A DNA stretch of 64,000 nucleotides from an uncultured Nitrospinaceae bacterium (GTDB lineage: Bacteria; UBA8248). Position 1 is the first letter of the stretch, and each line of letters begins with the position of its first letter. Location of the stretch: the NCBI GenBank assembly GCA_964558115.1, contig CAZLCI010000002.1, positions 507-64,506 on the forward strand, given 5' to 3'. Position numbers and translations under genes: made by a program. Below, piece by piece: positions 1 through 9,381 of the stretch. Under the pieces are notes generated by a model, which was not told the origin of the DNA, did no database searches, and saw only the letters and a list, made by a program, of their open reading frames with translations.

Positions 1-759
1 CACAAGTTTTGAGCGTGTAAAATCATCTGAAGCATGTAAGGATATAGCAAGTCCAACATCTGGAATTGTTCTTAAAAATTCTTCAATTTTATTTGAAATG
101 CCAACTGTAGATACAGTCAATCTTTTTCTTGATATGCCTTCAAAATTAGGATCTGTAAGGATCTTCGCAGCTTTTTTCATCTCATGAAAATTGTCAAGTG
201 GCTCACCCATACCCATAAAAACAATATTATGAAATCTTTCATCTTTTCCAAGTCTTCGCTTTGCAGCCAAAAACTGTTCTACAATTTCACCAGAAGTTAA
301 CTGACGAACAAAACCCATTTTACCGGTCAAACAAAATTCACATCCCATTGCACAACCTACCTGTGTTGAAATACAGATAGACCATCTCTTTATATTTCCT
401 GCATGTAACATTGGAATTCTAACACTTTCTATCATAGAACTATCTGCTAAAACCCAAGAATATTTCTCTGTTCCATCAATAGATGTTTGGACCTCGACAT
501 TAACAAATCTACCTACTTTAGCAACTTTCATGAGATTTTCACGAAAATAAGTAGGCAAATTCATCATACGATCAAATGAAATTTCATCGACGTTGTATAT
601 CCAATTAAATAATTGCTTCCCTCTATAATTCGGTTCACCGAATTTTTCACAGAAGCTTTGCAATTCTTCTAATTCCATACCCTTTAAATCTACTAAATCA
701 GGCTCTCGAGTTTTTGAATACGGATTTAGTTGCATAAAATTAGATAAGTCACTTTTCAT
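1..759 (-). CDS. rlmN: 23S rRNA (adenine2503-C2)-methyltransferase RlmN, radical SAM (5' part; C-terminus lies beyond the window start)
   Basis: Reverse-strand translation from the ATG at 759 gives MKSDLSNFMQLNP…GCAMGCEFCLTG (CxxxCxxC radical-SAM motif)…FMGMGEPL…TVSTVG…ISLHA, the classic RlmN/Cfr pattern. The ORF runs off the window edge, so it is absent from the ORF track. Confidence 0.7.
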   Translation of the reverse strand, partial: MKSDLSNFMQLNPYSKTREPDLVDLKGMELEELQSFCEKFGEPNYRGKQLFNWIYNVDEISFDRMMNLPTYFRENLMKVAKVGRFVNVEVQTSIDGTEKYSWVLADSSMIESVRIPMLHAGNIKRWSICISTQVGCAMGCEFCLTGKMGFVRQLTSGEIVEQFLAAKRRLGKDERFHNIVFMGMGEPLDNFHEMKKAAKILTDPNFEGISRKRLTVSTVGISNKIEEFLRTIPDVGLAISLHASDDFTRSKLV

Positions 760-821
760 TCGAAGTCCTTAAATGCTATCTTCCTTCAATTAGTTGCAAT
801 GCCTTCAAATTATCGGAATCT

Positions 822-1463
822 TTGAAAATGAGAATACGCGCGATCTTATTTGATCACGATGGAACTCTAGTAGACAGTTACGAAGGAATTGCTAAATCTT
901 TACAACTAACCTGCAAAGATATTGATAAACCTACCTTAAATCAAGATCAAATTCTAGCATCTATAGGTCCTACTTTAGAAACAAGATTTAGAGAACTATG
1001 GGGCAAAGAAATTGGGGAAAAAGCTGTTCCTATTTACAGGAAACACTATAAACAACATTTTATTTACGGAACAAAGATACTTCCTAAAGTAAAAAATACG
1101 ATTTTGTCATTGAAATCAAGAAAATATTTACTTGGATGTGTCACAAACAAAACTTACTCTTATGCGAAAGAACAATTAATTCATTTCAATCTCTTTGATA
1201 AAATGGAAGTTGTTTATGGAAACTTACAAGGGTTTCAACCAAAACCCAATCCTGAAATGATTGAAGAAGCACTAAAAAAATTAAATGTATCCAGAGAAGA
1301 AACAGTCTTGGTAGGTGACACTCCTATTGATATTCTTGCTGCAAAAGCCTCGGGAATTCAATCTTGGGCGATTCTTGGTAAATACGCTTCTGAAGAATCC
1401 ATCAAGAACACTAATCCTGATAAAATTTTAATTGAATTCGACGAAATCCTCCATCATCTTTAA
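822..1463 (+). CDS. HAD-superfamily hydrolase (phosphoglycolate-phosphatase-like)
   Basis: N-terminal DxDGTLVDS motif (ILFDHDGTLVDS), a later VGDTPIDI motif typical of HAD motif IV, 213 aa. Confidence 0.6.
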   Translation: MKMRIRAILFDHDGTLVDSYEGIAKSLQLTCKDIDKPTLNQDQILASIGPTLETRFRELWGKEIGEKAVPIYRKHYKQHFIYGTKILPKVKNTILSLKSRKYLLGCVTNKTYSYAKEQLIHFNLFDKMEVVYGNLQGFQPKPNPEMIEEALKKLNVSREETVLVGDTPIDILAAKASGIQSWAILGKYASEESIKNTNPDKILIEFDEILHHL

Positions 1464-1530
1464 TTTAAAGTTATACTTTTATATAAAACAGAAAAAAATA
1501 GTTTTCAAATTCAGCAAAGGATAAGACAAA

Positions 1531-2412
1531 GTGAACCTAATCGGACAGGGCGAAATGTTTGCAATTGCCTCTTCCATAATATTTGGATTTACACAAATAC
1601 TTGTTCGACAGGGTATTCAGAATGCTAGTCCCGTTACAGCAGCGTTAATTATGAATTCGATGGTATCAATAGGAGGTTTGTTCATTGCTATCTATTCAGG
1701 AACACTAACAAATTCAACTTTACCGCCAATTCTCTGGTACCTAGCCATAGGAATTACGGGACCTGGAATCGCTAGAGTCATGTACTATATTGGCATTTCA
1801 AGAATGGGCGTTAGTAGAACCGCAGGAATTTCATCTGCTACACCTATTTGGGGTGTAATTTTTGCAATAATTTTTCTTGGAGAAACACCAAATACACTTA
1901 TTCTATTAGGAACTCTAGCTGTTGTCTTTGGAGTAGGTATTCTCAGTATTCAAGATGATGATTCTAAAAGTTTTAAGGACTGGTTCCAAACTGCAATTTT
2001 TTTTGCATTAATTGCATCTATCGCCTATGCAATTCCACCAATACTTGTAAAATTTGCCTATAAATATCAGTCTACACCTGCTGTTGGGATGTTTTTTTCA
2101 TTCGCAATGGGAAATATAGTTCTTTTTTCTTGGAGAAAGATTTTACCTGAGAAAGGACTTATAAAATCAAATAAAAAAGGACTATTAATTTTAATAACGG
2201 CGGGATTTGGAGGAATTGCTAGTTCTTGGTTCCTATGGAACGCATTCACAATCGCAGACGTTACAACCGCACTCCCGCTTAGCAGGACGGCACCTATTTG
2301 GGTTGTAGTTTTTAGCAAAATTTTTCTAGGAAAAATAGAGATTATAAGCTCAAAAATATGGATAGGAACAATCTTAGTTGTCCTAGGAGGTATTTCTATA
2401 GTGATGTCTTGA
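1531..2412 (+). CDS. EamA/DMT-family membrane transporter
   Basis: 293 aa, about 10 predicted hydrophobic helices in two repeated halves. The true start may be the internal Met (MFAIASS). Confidence 0.55.
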   Translation: MNLIGQGEMFAIASSIIFGFTQILVRQGIQNASPVTAALIMNSMVSIGGLFIAIYSGTLTNSTLPPILWYLAIGITGPGIARVMYYIGISRMGVSRTAGISSATPIWGVIFAIIFLGETPNTLILLGTLAVVFGVGILSIQDDDSKSFKDWFQTAIFFALIASIAYAIPPILVKFAYKYQSTPAVGMFFSFAMGNIVLFSWRKILPEKGLIKSNKKGLLILITAGFGGIASSWFLWNAFTIADVTTALPLSRTAPIWVVVFSKIFLGKIEIISSKIWIGTILVVLGGISIVMS

Positions 2413-2436
2413 AAAAAAAACGTTATATGAAATTCT

Positions 2437-2826
2437 CTATTTTTTCTGGCAGAGTTCTATACGAACATTTTCAGGTCCACATATAAAAGCTATCATTCTT
2501 CCACCGACTCCTGAAGCCTCGGGTTCAACTAAAAAATTCGCACCTCGAGAGCGCAAAACATTTGCTGACTCTTGAACGTTTTCTACCTCTAATCCAAAGT
2601 GATCTAGCCCCTGAACAAGTTCTGGAGAAAATGCGTCTGGAACCTCCTCAGGACGAACTCCTCTTATAAAAACTCTCAATCCACCAAACTCTACGACTGT
2701 ATTCGGTGCGCCTTTTAAATTTTCGTCATAACTTAATACTTCTGCTAAGAATAAACGCTGAAAAAACGAAGACATCTCATCGACATCTTTACTAACAATA
2801 TGAACATGATCTAATTTGAAATTCAT
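2437..2826 (-). CDS. VOC/glyoxalase-bleomycin-resistance family protein
   Basis: 129 aa; the HVHIVSKDVDE…FGG…H motif pattern of the vicinal-oxygen-chelate fold. Confidence 0.5.
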   Translation of the reverse strand: MNFKLDHVHIVSKDVDEMSSFFQRLFLAEVLSYDENLKGAPNTVVEFGGLRVFIRGVRPEEVPDAFSPELVQGLDHFGLEVENVQESANVLRSRGANFLVEPEASGVGGRMIAFICGPENVRIELCQKK

Positions 2827-2897
2827 TTCAAAAAAAACTCCTTACTAAGAATTATTAGAAACTCATTTGTCTCCTGATTGCAGTGTTTGGTCTTCAC

Positions 2898-4499
2898 TTA
2901 CTTTTTTTCATTTTCTTTTTGCTCACTTAAATTTTTGGACCAAGCTAAAAGTGTCGAACGCACTATTTCAGCAAAAAAAGAAGGCGGCAATTCGTCGCTA
3001 CTTACCTCCTTTGCCAGCATAAAACATTCACTGGAAAAATCTTTCATCTCTAAAAGATAGAAGAGATACGCATTCTCTTCTAATTGACAAGTCAATCTTC
3101 TAATATAATTTTTATTTTTATAAAGTTCGCTAGTTGCAGTTTTTATAGTCTGTTCTAGAAGTTCGTTATTTTTTTGTTCATTAATTTTCTTGTCCGTTTT
3201 CAATGAATCTATATAAGATTGAACATAAGGTCTAATGAGTTGATCATCAATATACCAACCACTAAAAACCTTATTACTCAGAAGAATACTTGCATCAATT
3301 CTATTGTCATCTTCCGAAGAACAATTCATCACTTCTGTAACTGGATGAATATCCATATCCCCAGATATTTTTTTCTCAACAAGTGTATTTAGTAATAATT
3401 TAGCTCTAGTAAAACCACTTGGAGGAGTTATCCCTAATTTTTCATTCTCCAATTGCGCTCTTTCCAATAACCAGTATGCATAAGAAATTGGAACTTCTAC
3501 AGTAGTAAGAAAGTCTTGTTCTTCTATTTTAGAAAGAAAATTACGAATCTCCTTGGAAGTAGTTTCAACTAGAGATAAATCTTCTATGCCAGATTCAGTT
3601 CTCAAATTAAATTCTGCCAAATAACGACCTTTTGGTTTTTTAGATCGTATGATCCACAATATTTTTCTGCCAGTGCCATCAGTTGAACTACAAATTGCCT
3701 TAGAAATTTCATTTTCCTGAAAAATATTTGAAGTAAGGGATTCTTTTTTAGATTTTTTATTTTTGACATAAACCCCTTTTTTTTCAAGCCGAAAAATACC
3801 CTTTCTTATTAATGACTTAAATTTTTTATCCAAAGACCTCTCATTCAAATTTGCAAGAAAAATTGCAGCATGATTACTACCTAAAGAAACTACTAGATTT
3901 ACTAGATCTGAGGAGAATTTTTGAGATTTCTCAAAAATTTTTTCAAAAACATTAAATAGTTTTTCTATAGACTCAGATTCTCCCTCATTCAAAATTTGAC
4001 GAAAAATAAGAGATTGAGAATGAATAGATAATTTCCCAATACTTTCTTCAAGATCATTACCTTCCTCTTGAGTTAAATTATTATTTAGTAAGAGATGAAT
4101 ATTTTTTGAAATCTCTTCCAAATTATGATCACTTAAGACATCTGGAATAATTGAGGCAGAATCAATAGATAAAATCGTTTCCTTTAGCAATTTTAATTGT
4201 TCTGGTGTCCATTTAAAGGACATTGCCAAATCAAGCAAACTCGGAATAATCTCAGAATTGTTTATTGTTTTTATTGCAAGCAGAGTAGCAGAAACACCGT
4301 TTTCACTGGTGAAATTTAAATGTTCTAACATTCCCTTTAATCCAGAGTCGCCTAATTCCTCGATTTCTTCAATTAAAGGCGCCGGAGCCATTGCATCAGG
4401 AGGCATTGGATTTGTAAAAGATTTTTCCAAAGCAAAAGCTATAGTCCTTGCCCTTTTAAGGTCTTCTCTTATCACTTTATTTTTCTTTGTTTTTTTCAT
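2898..4499 (-). CDS. hypothetical protein, 533 aa, Lys/Glu/Leu-rich, no recognisable domain
   Basis: Long uninterrupted ORF; no motif I can assign, no TM segments, low-complexity charged ends. Confidence 0.45.
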   Translation of the reverse strand: MKKTKKNKVIREDLKRARTIAFALEKSFTNPMPPDAMAPAPLIEEIEELGDSGLKGMLEHLNFTSENGVSATLLAIKTINNSEIIPSLLDLAMSFKWTPEQLKLLKETILSIDSASIIPDVLSDHNLEEISKNIHLLLNNNLTQEEGNDLEESIGKLSIHSQSLIFRQILNEGESESIEKLFNVFEKIFEKSQKFSSDLVNLVVSLGSNHAAIFLANLNERSLDKKFKSLIRKGIFRLEKKGVYVKNKKSKKESLTSNIFQENEISKAICSSTDGTGRKILWIIRSKKPKGRYLAEFNLRTESGIEDLSLVETTSKEIRNFLSKIEEQDFLTTVEVPISYAYWLLERAQLENEKLGITPPSGFTRAKLLLNTLVEKKISGDMDIHPVTEVMNCSSEDDNRIDASILLSNKVFSGWYIDDQLIRPYVQSYIDSLKTDKKINEQKNNELLEQTIKTATSELYKNKNYIRRLTCQLEENAYLFYLLEMKDFSSECFMLAKEVSSDELPPSFFAEIVRSTLLAWSKNLSEQKENEKK

Positions 4500-4649
4500 T
4501 TACTTTTTTAAACGTTAAACCTTCTTATTAAAAAACAATAAAAAAAATAGAAATTTATGTGAATCTTCAGAAATGATAACATCCTAAAGAGTTTTTTGTA
4601 AAAAATGTATCTGTAATCATTGCTTTATAAATTTAAATAGAGGTTTTTT

Positions 4650-5438
4650 TTGGATAGACCTATATATTTTGATGTTGCTTTTAGTTATACCGATGTTCAA
4701 GAACATATTTTAGAAATTAAAAACTGTTTAAAAATACGACATAAAGATGTTAATTGTGCTGTAGTAGATGTTCTTCGTGCGACGACTACTATTATTTCTT
4801 CTTTACATAACGAATGCTCTGAAATTTATCCAGTCATATCGAAAAATGCTGCGAAAATAAAGGCAAGAGAACTAAGAAAAAAAAACATTAAGAAGAAGAT
4901 CTTATTAGCTGGAGAAAAAGATGGAAAAGCTTTAGAAGGATTCGATTTAGGAAACTCCCCATCAAACTTCGAACGTAAGATTGTTGGAAATAATATTCTT
5001 ATAATATCTACTAGTAATGGAACAAAAGCAATTCATGCAGTAAAGGAACAGGAAAACGTTTTCCTTTTCTCTTTAGCTAATTTAAGTGCAACCGCTTCTT
5101 CGATTATGAAACCTATCATGAAAAATTATAACCTCTTAGTTGTTTGTTCTGGAAGAGAAGGAAAGTATTGCGAAGAAGATTTTATAGCTTCTGGACTCTT
5201 AATCAAAAGAATAATTAGTCTTTTCAATGAAAAAGAATATATCTGTTCTGATAGCGCAAAGGCATCTATTCTTATAGCAAATTTCTACAAAGAAGACATT
5301 TATCAAGCGTTATTAGATTGTTCTTGGGGAAAACATTTAATTAAACTAGGCTTAAAAAAAGATTTAGAATTTTGTTCTAGAACAGATTGGTCAAACGTAG
5401 TACCTAAATTTAAAAATGGGAAGATAATTGTATCTTAG
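4650..5438 (+). CDS. 2-phosphosulfolactate phosphatase (ComB)-like protein
   Basis: VDVLRATTTI motif and a size (262 aa) consistent with the ComB family; assignment is tentative. Confidence 0.45.
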   Translation: MDRPIYFDVAFSYTDVQEHILEIKNCLKIRHKDVNCAVVDVLRATTTIISSLHNECSEIYPVISKNAAKIKARELRKKNIKKKILLAGEKDGKALEGFDLGNSPSNFERKIVGNNILIISTSNGTKAIHAVKEQENVFLFSLANLSATASSIMKPIMKNYNLLVVCSGREGKYCEEDFIASGLLIKRIISLFNEKEYICSDSAKASILIANFYKEDIYQALLDCSWGKHLIKLGLKKDLEFCSRTDWSNVVPKFKNGKIIVS

Positions 5439-5444
5439 ACTTCT

Positions 5445-6245
5445 TTAAATTTTAAAAATATTTTCTATTACATCCTTAAAATCTTTTTTAGAATTTTCCA
5501 TATGAAAATGGATAAAAAATTCTCTATTCCCTTTAGTTCCAAGAATCGGACTATCAGTAACGTTACATGGAGAAATACCCAAATCTGTTGATTCTTTTAG
5601 AATATTGAGTAAAACCTCTTTATGTAATTTATGATCTCGAACAATTCCACCCTTGCCAACTCTATTTTTTCCTACTTCAAACTGAGGTTTCACTAAGGCA
5701 ACAATTTCATTAGGAAAAGAAATAAGTTTATGAATCACAGGAAGAATTTTCATAAGTGAAATAAATGAAACATCAATTACAGCAAGTTCAAAATTTTGAT
5801 TACTTTCTGATGAATCCAATATCTCTCTATTTAAATATCGAGCATTAAAACCTTCTATGATCGTTACCCTACTATCGTTTCTTAAACTCCAATCAAGTAA
5901 TCCTTTGCCTACATCAATGCAAACAACATGTGCAGCTTCCCTCTTTAGAAGAACATCCGTAAAACCACCAGTTGACGAACCGACATCCAAACAGGACTTT
6001 GAAATAGGATCAATTTCAAAAAAATCCAAAGCATGGAAGAGTTTTTCTCCACCTCTACTTACAAATTCTCTTTTGCTTTCAGTAATCGAAATTAATGAAT
6101 CTACATCATAGGAGTGGCCAACTTTATCCGCTATCAAACCGTCAACTTTAACAATACCAGAAAGAACTAGTCTCTTTGCACGCTCACGACTTTTAACAAA
6201 ACCTTTATCAACGAGAAGTTTATCTATTCTTTCTTTCTTTTTCAC
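5445..6245 (-). CDS. tlyA: TlyA-family rRNA 2'-O-methyltransferase (S4 domain + FtsJ-like MTase)
   Basis: N-terminal S4 RNA-binding segment (RIDKLLVDKGF…SRERAKRLV) followed by an FtsJ-like SAM-binding region (CLDVGSSTGGFT); the conserved position downstream of dxs. Confidence 0.75.
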   Translation of the reverse strand: MKKKERIDKLLVDKGFVKSRERAKRLVLSGIVKVDGLIADKVGHSYDVDSLISITESKREFVSRGGEKLFHALDFFEIDPISKSCLDVGSSTGGFTDVLLKREAAHVVCIDVGKGLLDWSLRNDSRVTIIEGFNARYLNREILDSSESNQNFELAVIDVSFISLMKILPVIHKLISFPNEIVALVKPQFEVGKNRVGKGGIVRDHKLHKEVLLNILKESTDLGISPCNVTDSPILGTKGNREFFIHFHMENSKKDFKDVIENIFKI

Positions 6246-8152
6246 GAAATGACGCTACGCATGTGATCATCAATATCTACTAGATCACGTGCAGCCTGAG
6301 TTATATCCCCCGATGTTAGACCACAATCCTCTCTCTGCAATACAGGACTACCATGAGAGATGAAACGGTCAGGAATGCCAAGAATAGAGACTGGTATATT
6401 ACTCATCTTATTTTCAGAAAGGATTTCCAAAACACCTGAACCCATACCACCGATTTTCGTCCCCTCTTCTATTGTTACGATTCTCTTACATAAATTAGCC
6501 TGTTCAAGTATTTTTTTCTTGTCCATAGGCTTCACAAATCTGAGATTCAAAACAGAAGCTTGAATTCCTATCTCTTCCAATTGTGAGGAAGCCTCAAGTG
6601 CAAGTGGAACCATTGGACCTAGAGCAATCAATAGCACATCTCTTCCTTCTCTTAGCAATTCTGATTCGCCAATTGGAATACATTTAACTTCATCTTGTAA
6701 TTCGACACCTAAACCAGAACCTCTACAAAAACGAAGGGCTGCAGGGCCAGGATATTCTATCGATGTGAGAAGCATACTTTGTAATTCGTACTCATCCTTT
6801 GGTGACATGACAACTGCGTTTGGCAAACATCTTAAATAAGCTATATCAAAAGCACCATGATGAGTAGGTCCGTCTTCTCCAACTAAACCCGCTCGATCTA
6901 TTGCAAAAGTTACAGAAACATTAGTAAGACAAATATCGTGAACTATCTGATCATAAGCTCTTTGTAAAAAAGTACTATAGATTGCAACAACTGGCTTCAT
7001 ATTCTCTAAAGATAGTCCAGCTGCAAATGTTACCCCATGCTGTTCACACATTCCGACATCGAAACATCTATCAGGAAAAAGACTCTGATATTCAACTAAA
7101 GCTGTACCTTCCAACATAGCTGCAGTGATTGCCACTATCTTAGGATCCTTCTTGCTCAATTTAATCATTGTATCTGCAAAAACTTTAGAATAACTTGGTG
7201 GACCTGGCTTCTTTTTAAGAAATTTTCCAGTTTCAGGATCAAATTTTGTAACACCATGATAGGTAATTGGCTCGGCTTCACTATATGGATAACCATGCCC
7301 TTTTTTAGTAACGACATGTACTAAATTAGGACCTTTTAATTTGCGGACATTTCGTAAAGCTGGAATTAACAGATCTAATCTATGACCATCAATAGGACCT
7401 ATATAACGAAAACCTAATTCTTCAAATAGGATTCCAGGAACAAATAAATTTTTCATGGAATCTTCAAATCTTGTCATGAAATTAACAGCAGATTCACCAA
7501 AAACAGGAAGATGAGAGACAATTTTTTGTATTTCATTTCTAAACTTTCTCGCACGATTAGCCCATTCTCCAGTCATGATCCTTGCGAGGTAGGAACACAT
7601 AGCACCAACATTTTTTGAAATACCCATTTTATTGTCATTTAAGATTACTGTTAAATCTCTCTTAGAATCCCCCGCATTATTTAATGCTTCCATAGACATC
7701 CCAGAGGTAAGACTCCCATCTCCAATAATTGCAACAACACTAAAATCTTCTTTACTTAGATCTCTTGCAGTTGCTATTCCAGATGCTGCAGATATCGAAG
7801 TACCTCCATGAGCAACATTCATATGATCATATGGACTTTCTAGTCTATCTGGAAAACCAGCAATTCCTCCCCACTGTCTAAGAGTTTCAAATTCCTTTTT
7901 TCTTCCAGTCAAAACCTTATGTGCATAAGCCTGATGTCCAACATCCCAAATAAGTTTGTCAGTAGGTGTCTCAAAAACATAATGCAAAGCAACCACTAGC
8001 TCAGCAGCACCTAAAGATGCTCCCAAATGTCCACCAGTTCTAGAAGTAACACCAACAATAAATTCTCTTAGTTCTTCCACTAAAGTTTCAAGTTCATTTT
8101 CAGATAATTTTCTAAGATCTTCCGGAGAATCTATTTTTTCCAGTTTTTTCAC
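6242..8152 (-). CDS. dxs: 1-deoxy-D-xylulose-5-phosphate synthase
   Basis: 636 aa; the TPP-binding GHLGASLGAAELVVALHYVF and GDGSLTSGMSMEALNNAG motifs, a transketolase-like C-terminal domain. Confidence 0.9.
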   Translation of the reverse strand: MKKLEKIDSPEDLRKLSENELETLVEELREFIVGVTSRTGGHLGASLGAAELVVALHYVFETPTDKLIWDVGHQAYAHKVLTGRKKEFETLRQWGGIAGFPDRLESPYDHMNVAHGGTSISAASGIATARDLSKEDFSVVAIIGDGSLTSGMSMEALNNAGDSKRDLTVILNDNKMGISKNVGAMCSYLARIMTGEWANRARKFRNEIQKIVSHLPVFGESAVNFMTRFEDSMKNLFVPGILFEELGFRYIGPIDGHRLDLLIPALRNVRKLKGPNLVHVVTKKGHGYPYSEAEPITYHGVTKFDPETGKFLKKKPGPPSYSKVFADTMIKLSKKDPKIVAITAAMLEGTALVEYQSLFPDRCFDVGMCEQHGVTFAAGLSLENMKPVVAIYSTFLQRAYDQIVHDICLTNVSVTFAIDRAGLVGEDGPTHHGAFDIAYLRCLPNAVVMSPKDEYELQSMLLTSIEYPGPAALRFCRGSGLGVELQDEVKCIPIGESELLREGRDVLLIALGPMVPLALEASSQLEEIGIQASVLNLRFVKPMDKKKILEQANLCKRIVTIEEGTKIGGMGSGVLEILSENKMSNIPVSILGIPDRFISHGSPVLQREDCGLTSGDITQAARDLVDIDDHMRSVIS

Positions 8153-8207
8153 GATAAATAAATCCTAAAAATAGGTACTTGCAAATTTAAAAAATCATAA
8201 CTCAGAA

Positions 8208-9134
8208 CTAGAGACTACGGAAAACTATAAATTTTGCAAGAGCCTCTAAAGTTTCAGCATCTTTTCCAAATATTTTCAAAAAATCTAAAGACCTCTCTAA
8301 AGTAGAATTAGCTATCTCCCTTGATTTTTCTATGCCATACATTGACAAATAAGTAGTTTTCCCAGAAGCAAGGTCGGAGCCAATCGGCTTCCCTAATAAA
8401 TTTTCGTCTCCTTCAAAATCAAGTATATCGTCGACAATTTGAAATGCTAACCCAATATATCTACCAAAATTGCTCAATGCATTTTGCTCATCTTTATTAG
8501 CACCTCCTAATATTCCACCCATACAAACGGAAGCACGAATCATTTCAGAAGTCTTGAGAAGATGCATTCGATCCAAATACTTTGGATTTACTTTAATCGG
8601 ATCTGCTTTTATATCTAAATATTGACCACCTACCATTCCTGAAGGCCCTGCTGCTGAAGACAAAAGTGAGATAGAATCTATCAATTTTTCTGAACCAAAT
8701 TTTTCTTTCATTTTTTCAGAAGATATAAGTTCAAAAGCCCTTGTTAAAAGACCATCTCCGGAGAGTATGGCGGAAGCTTCTCCAAAAGCTTTATGGCTAG
8801 TAGGCTTTCCTCTTCTCAAGTCATCATCGTCCATTGCTGGCAAATCATCATGAATCAACGAATAAGAATGAATACATTCTATTGCGCAAGCAGGAATCAA
8901 TACATCATTCGGATTACCTTTTACTGACTCACATCCAGCTATACACAGAATCGGTCTGATCCTTTTTCCTCCATTTAACAAGCTATAAGACATGATCTTA
9001 TATAATTCTAACGGTTCAGATTGTTCATTAGAAAATAAGATTCTCAATTGTTCATTAACTAATTTATTCCACTTTTCCATATAACCTAGGACATCAAATG
9101 ATGATGACAAATTATTCTTCCTCACTTTCTTCAT
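8208..9134 (-). CDS. ispA: farnesyl/geranyl diphosphate synthase
   Basis: The two polyprenyl synthase aspartate-rich motifs (LIHDDLPAMDDDDLRRGKPT and FQIVDDILDF). Confidence 0.85.
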   Translation of the reverse strand: MKKVRKNNLSSSFDVLGYMEKWNKLVNEQLRILFSNEQSEPLELYKIMSYSLLNGGKRIRPILCIAGCESVKGNPNDVLIPACAIECIHSYSLIHDDLPAMDDDDLRRGKPTSHKAFGEASAILSGDGLLTRAFELISSEKMKEKFGSEKLIDSISLLSSAAGPSGMVGGQYLDIKADPIKVNPKYLDRMHLLKTSEMIRASVCMGGILGGANKDEQNALSNFGRYIGLAFQIVDDILDFEGDENLLGKPIGSDLASGKTTYLSMYGIEKSREIANSTLERSLDFLKIFGKDAETLEALAKFIVFRSL

Positions 9135-9381
9135 CCAAAGGTTTCACAGAAAATGTTCCATCATCAGCTATCGTTAGTTCTTCAATTTTTTTCTGAGCAG
9201 AATGTAACTGATTTTGCGTAAACTTAAATAATTTCACGCCTTCTTCATATAAAGAAATCGCACCTTCCAGACTCAGATCTCCATCTTCCAAAGTTTCCAC
9301 AATTTCTTCTAGTCGAGCAGATGCATCCTCAAAACTCTTTGGCGAATCAAAAGATGGTTTCTTTTTTTTTGAAGAACTCAT
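9112..9381 (-). CDS. xseB: exodeoxyribonuclease VII small subunit
   Basis: 89 aa; FE(E/D)…LEEIV..LE.G.L.LEE..L..EG motif; lies between xseA and ispA as in many bacteria. Confidence 0.8.
   Translation of the reverse strand: MSSSKKKKPSFDSPKSFEDASARLEEIVETLEDGDLSLEGAISLYEEGVKLFKFTQNQLHSAQKKIEELTIADDGTFSVKPLDEESEEE

Noticed and set aside
2067-2318. Numerous short ORFs in the supplied track. Examples are 2067-2318(-), 2878-3060(+), 3602-3787(-), 4258-4518(+), 5857-6111(+), 6360-6563(+), 10051-10617(+), 10825-11076(+), 11294-11530(+), 17357-17593(+), 19293-19481(+), 19829-20355(+), 21951-22340(+), 22979-23299(+), 23502-23699(-), 24076-24408(+), 24939-25223(+), 25799-25990(+), 26923-27201(-), 28010-28222(+), 29898-30116(-), 30255-30467(-), 30942-31145(+), 31708-31950(-), 32861-33417(+), 35900-36091(-), 36190-36393(-), 37146-37478(-), 38007-38285(-), 39322-39606(+), 40677-41195(-), 41283-41669(-), 41898-42329(-), 43311-43532(+), 46227-46433(+), 47714-47941(+), 49015-49338(-), 50256-50465(-), 50731-50916(-), 51289-51726(+), 52171-52542(+), 54464-54769(+), 55772-55981(+), 56533-56751(+), 57111-57299(+), 58141-58872(+), 60510-61445(+), 61829-62107(+), 63070-63645(-)
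   Set aside because: Each lies antisense to, or out of frame within, a long ORF with clear family motifs. Their translations are low-complexity or AT-codon-biased with no recognisable domains, so they were judged to be random ORFs in an AT-rich genome.
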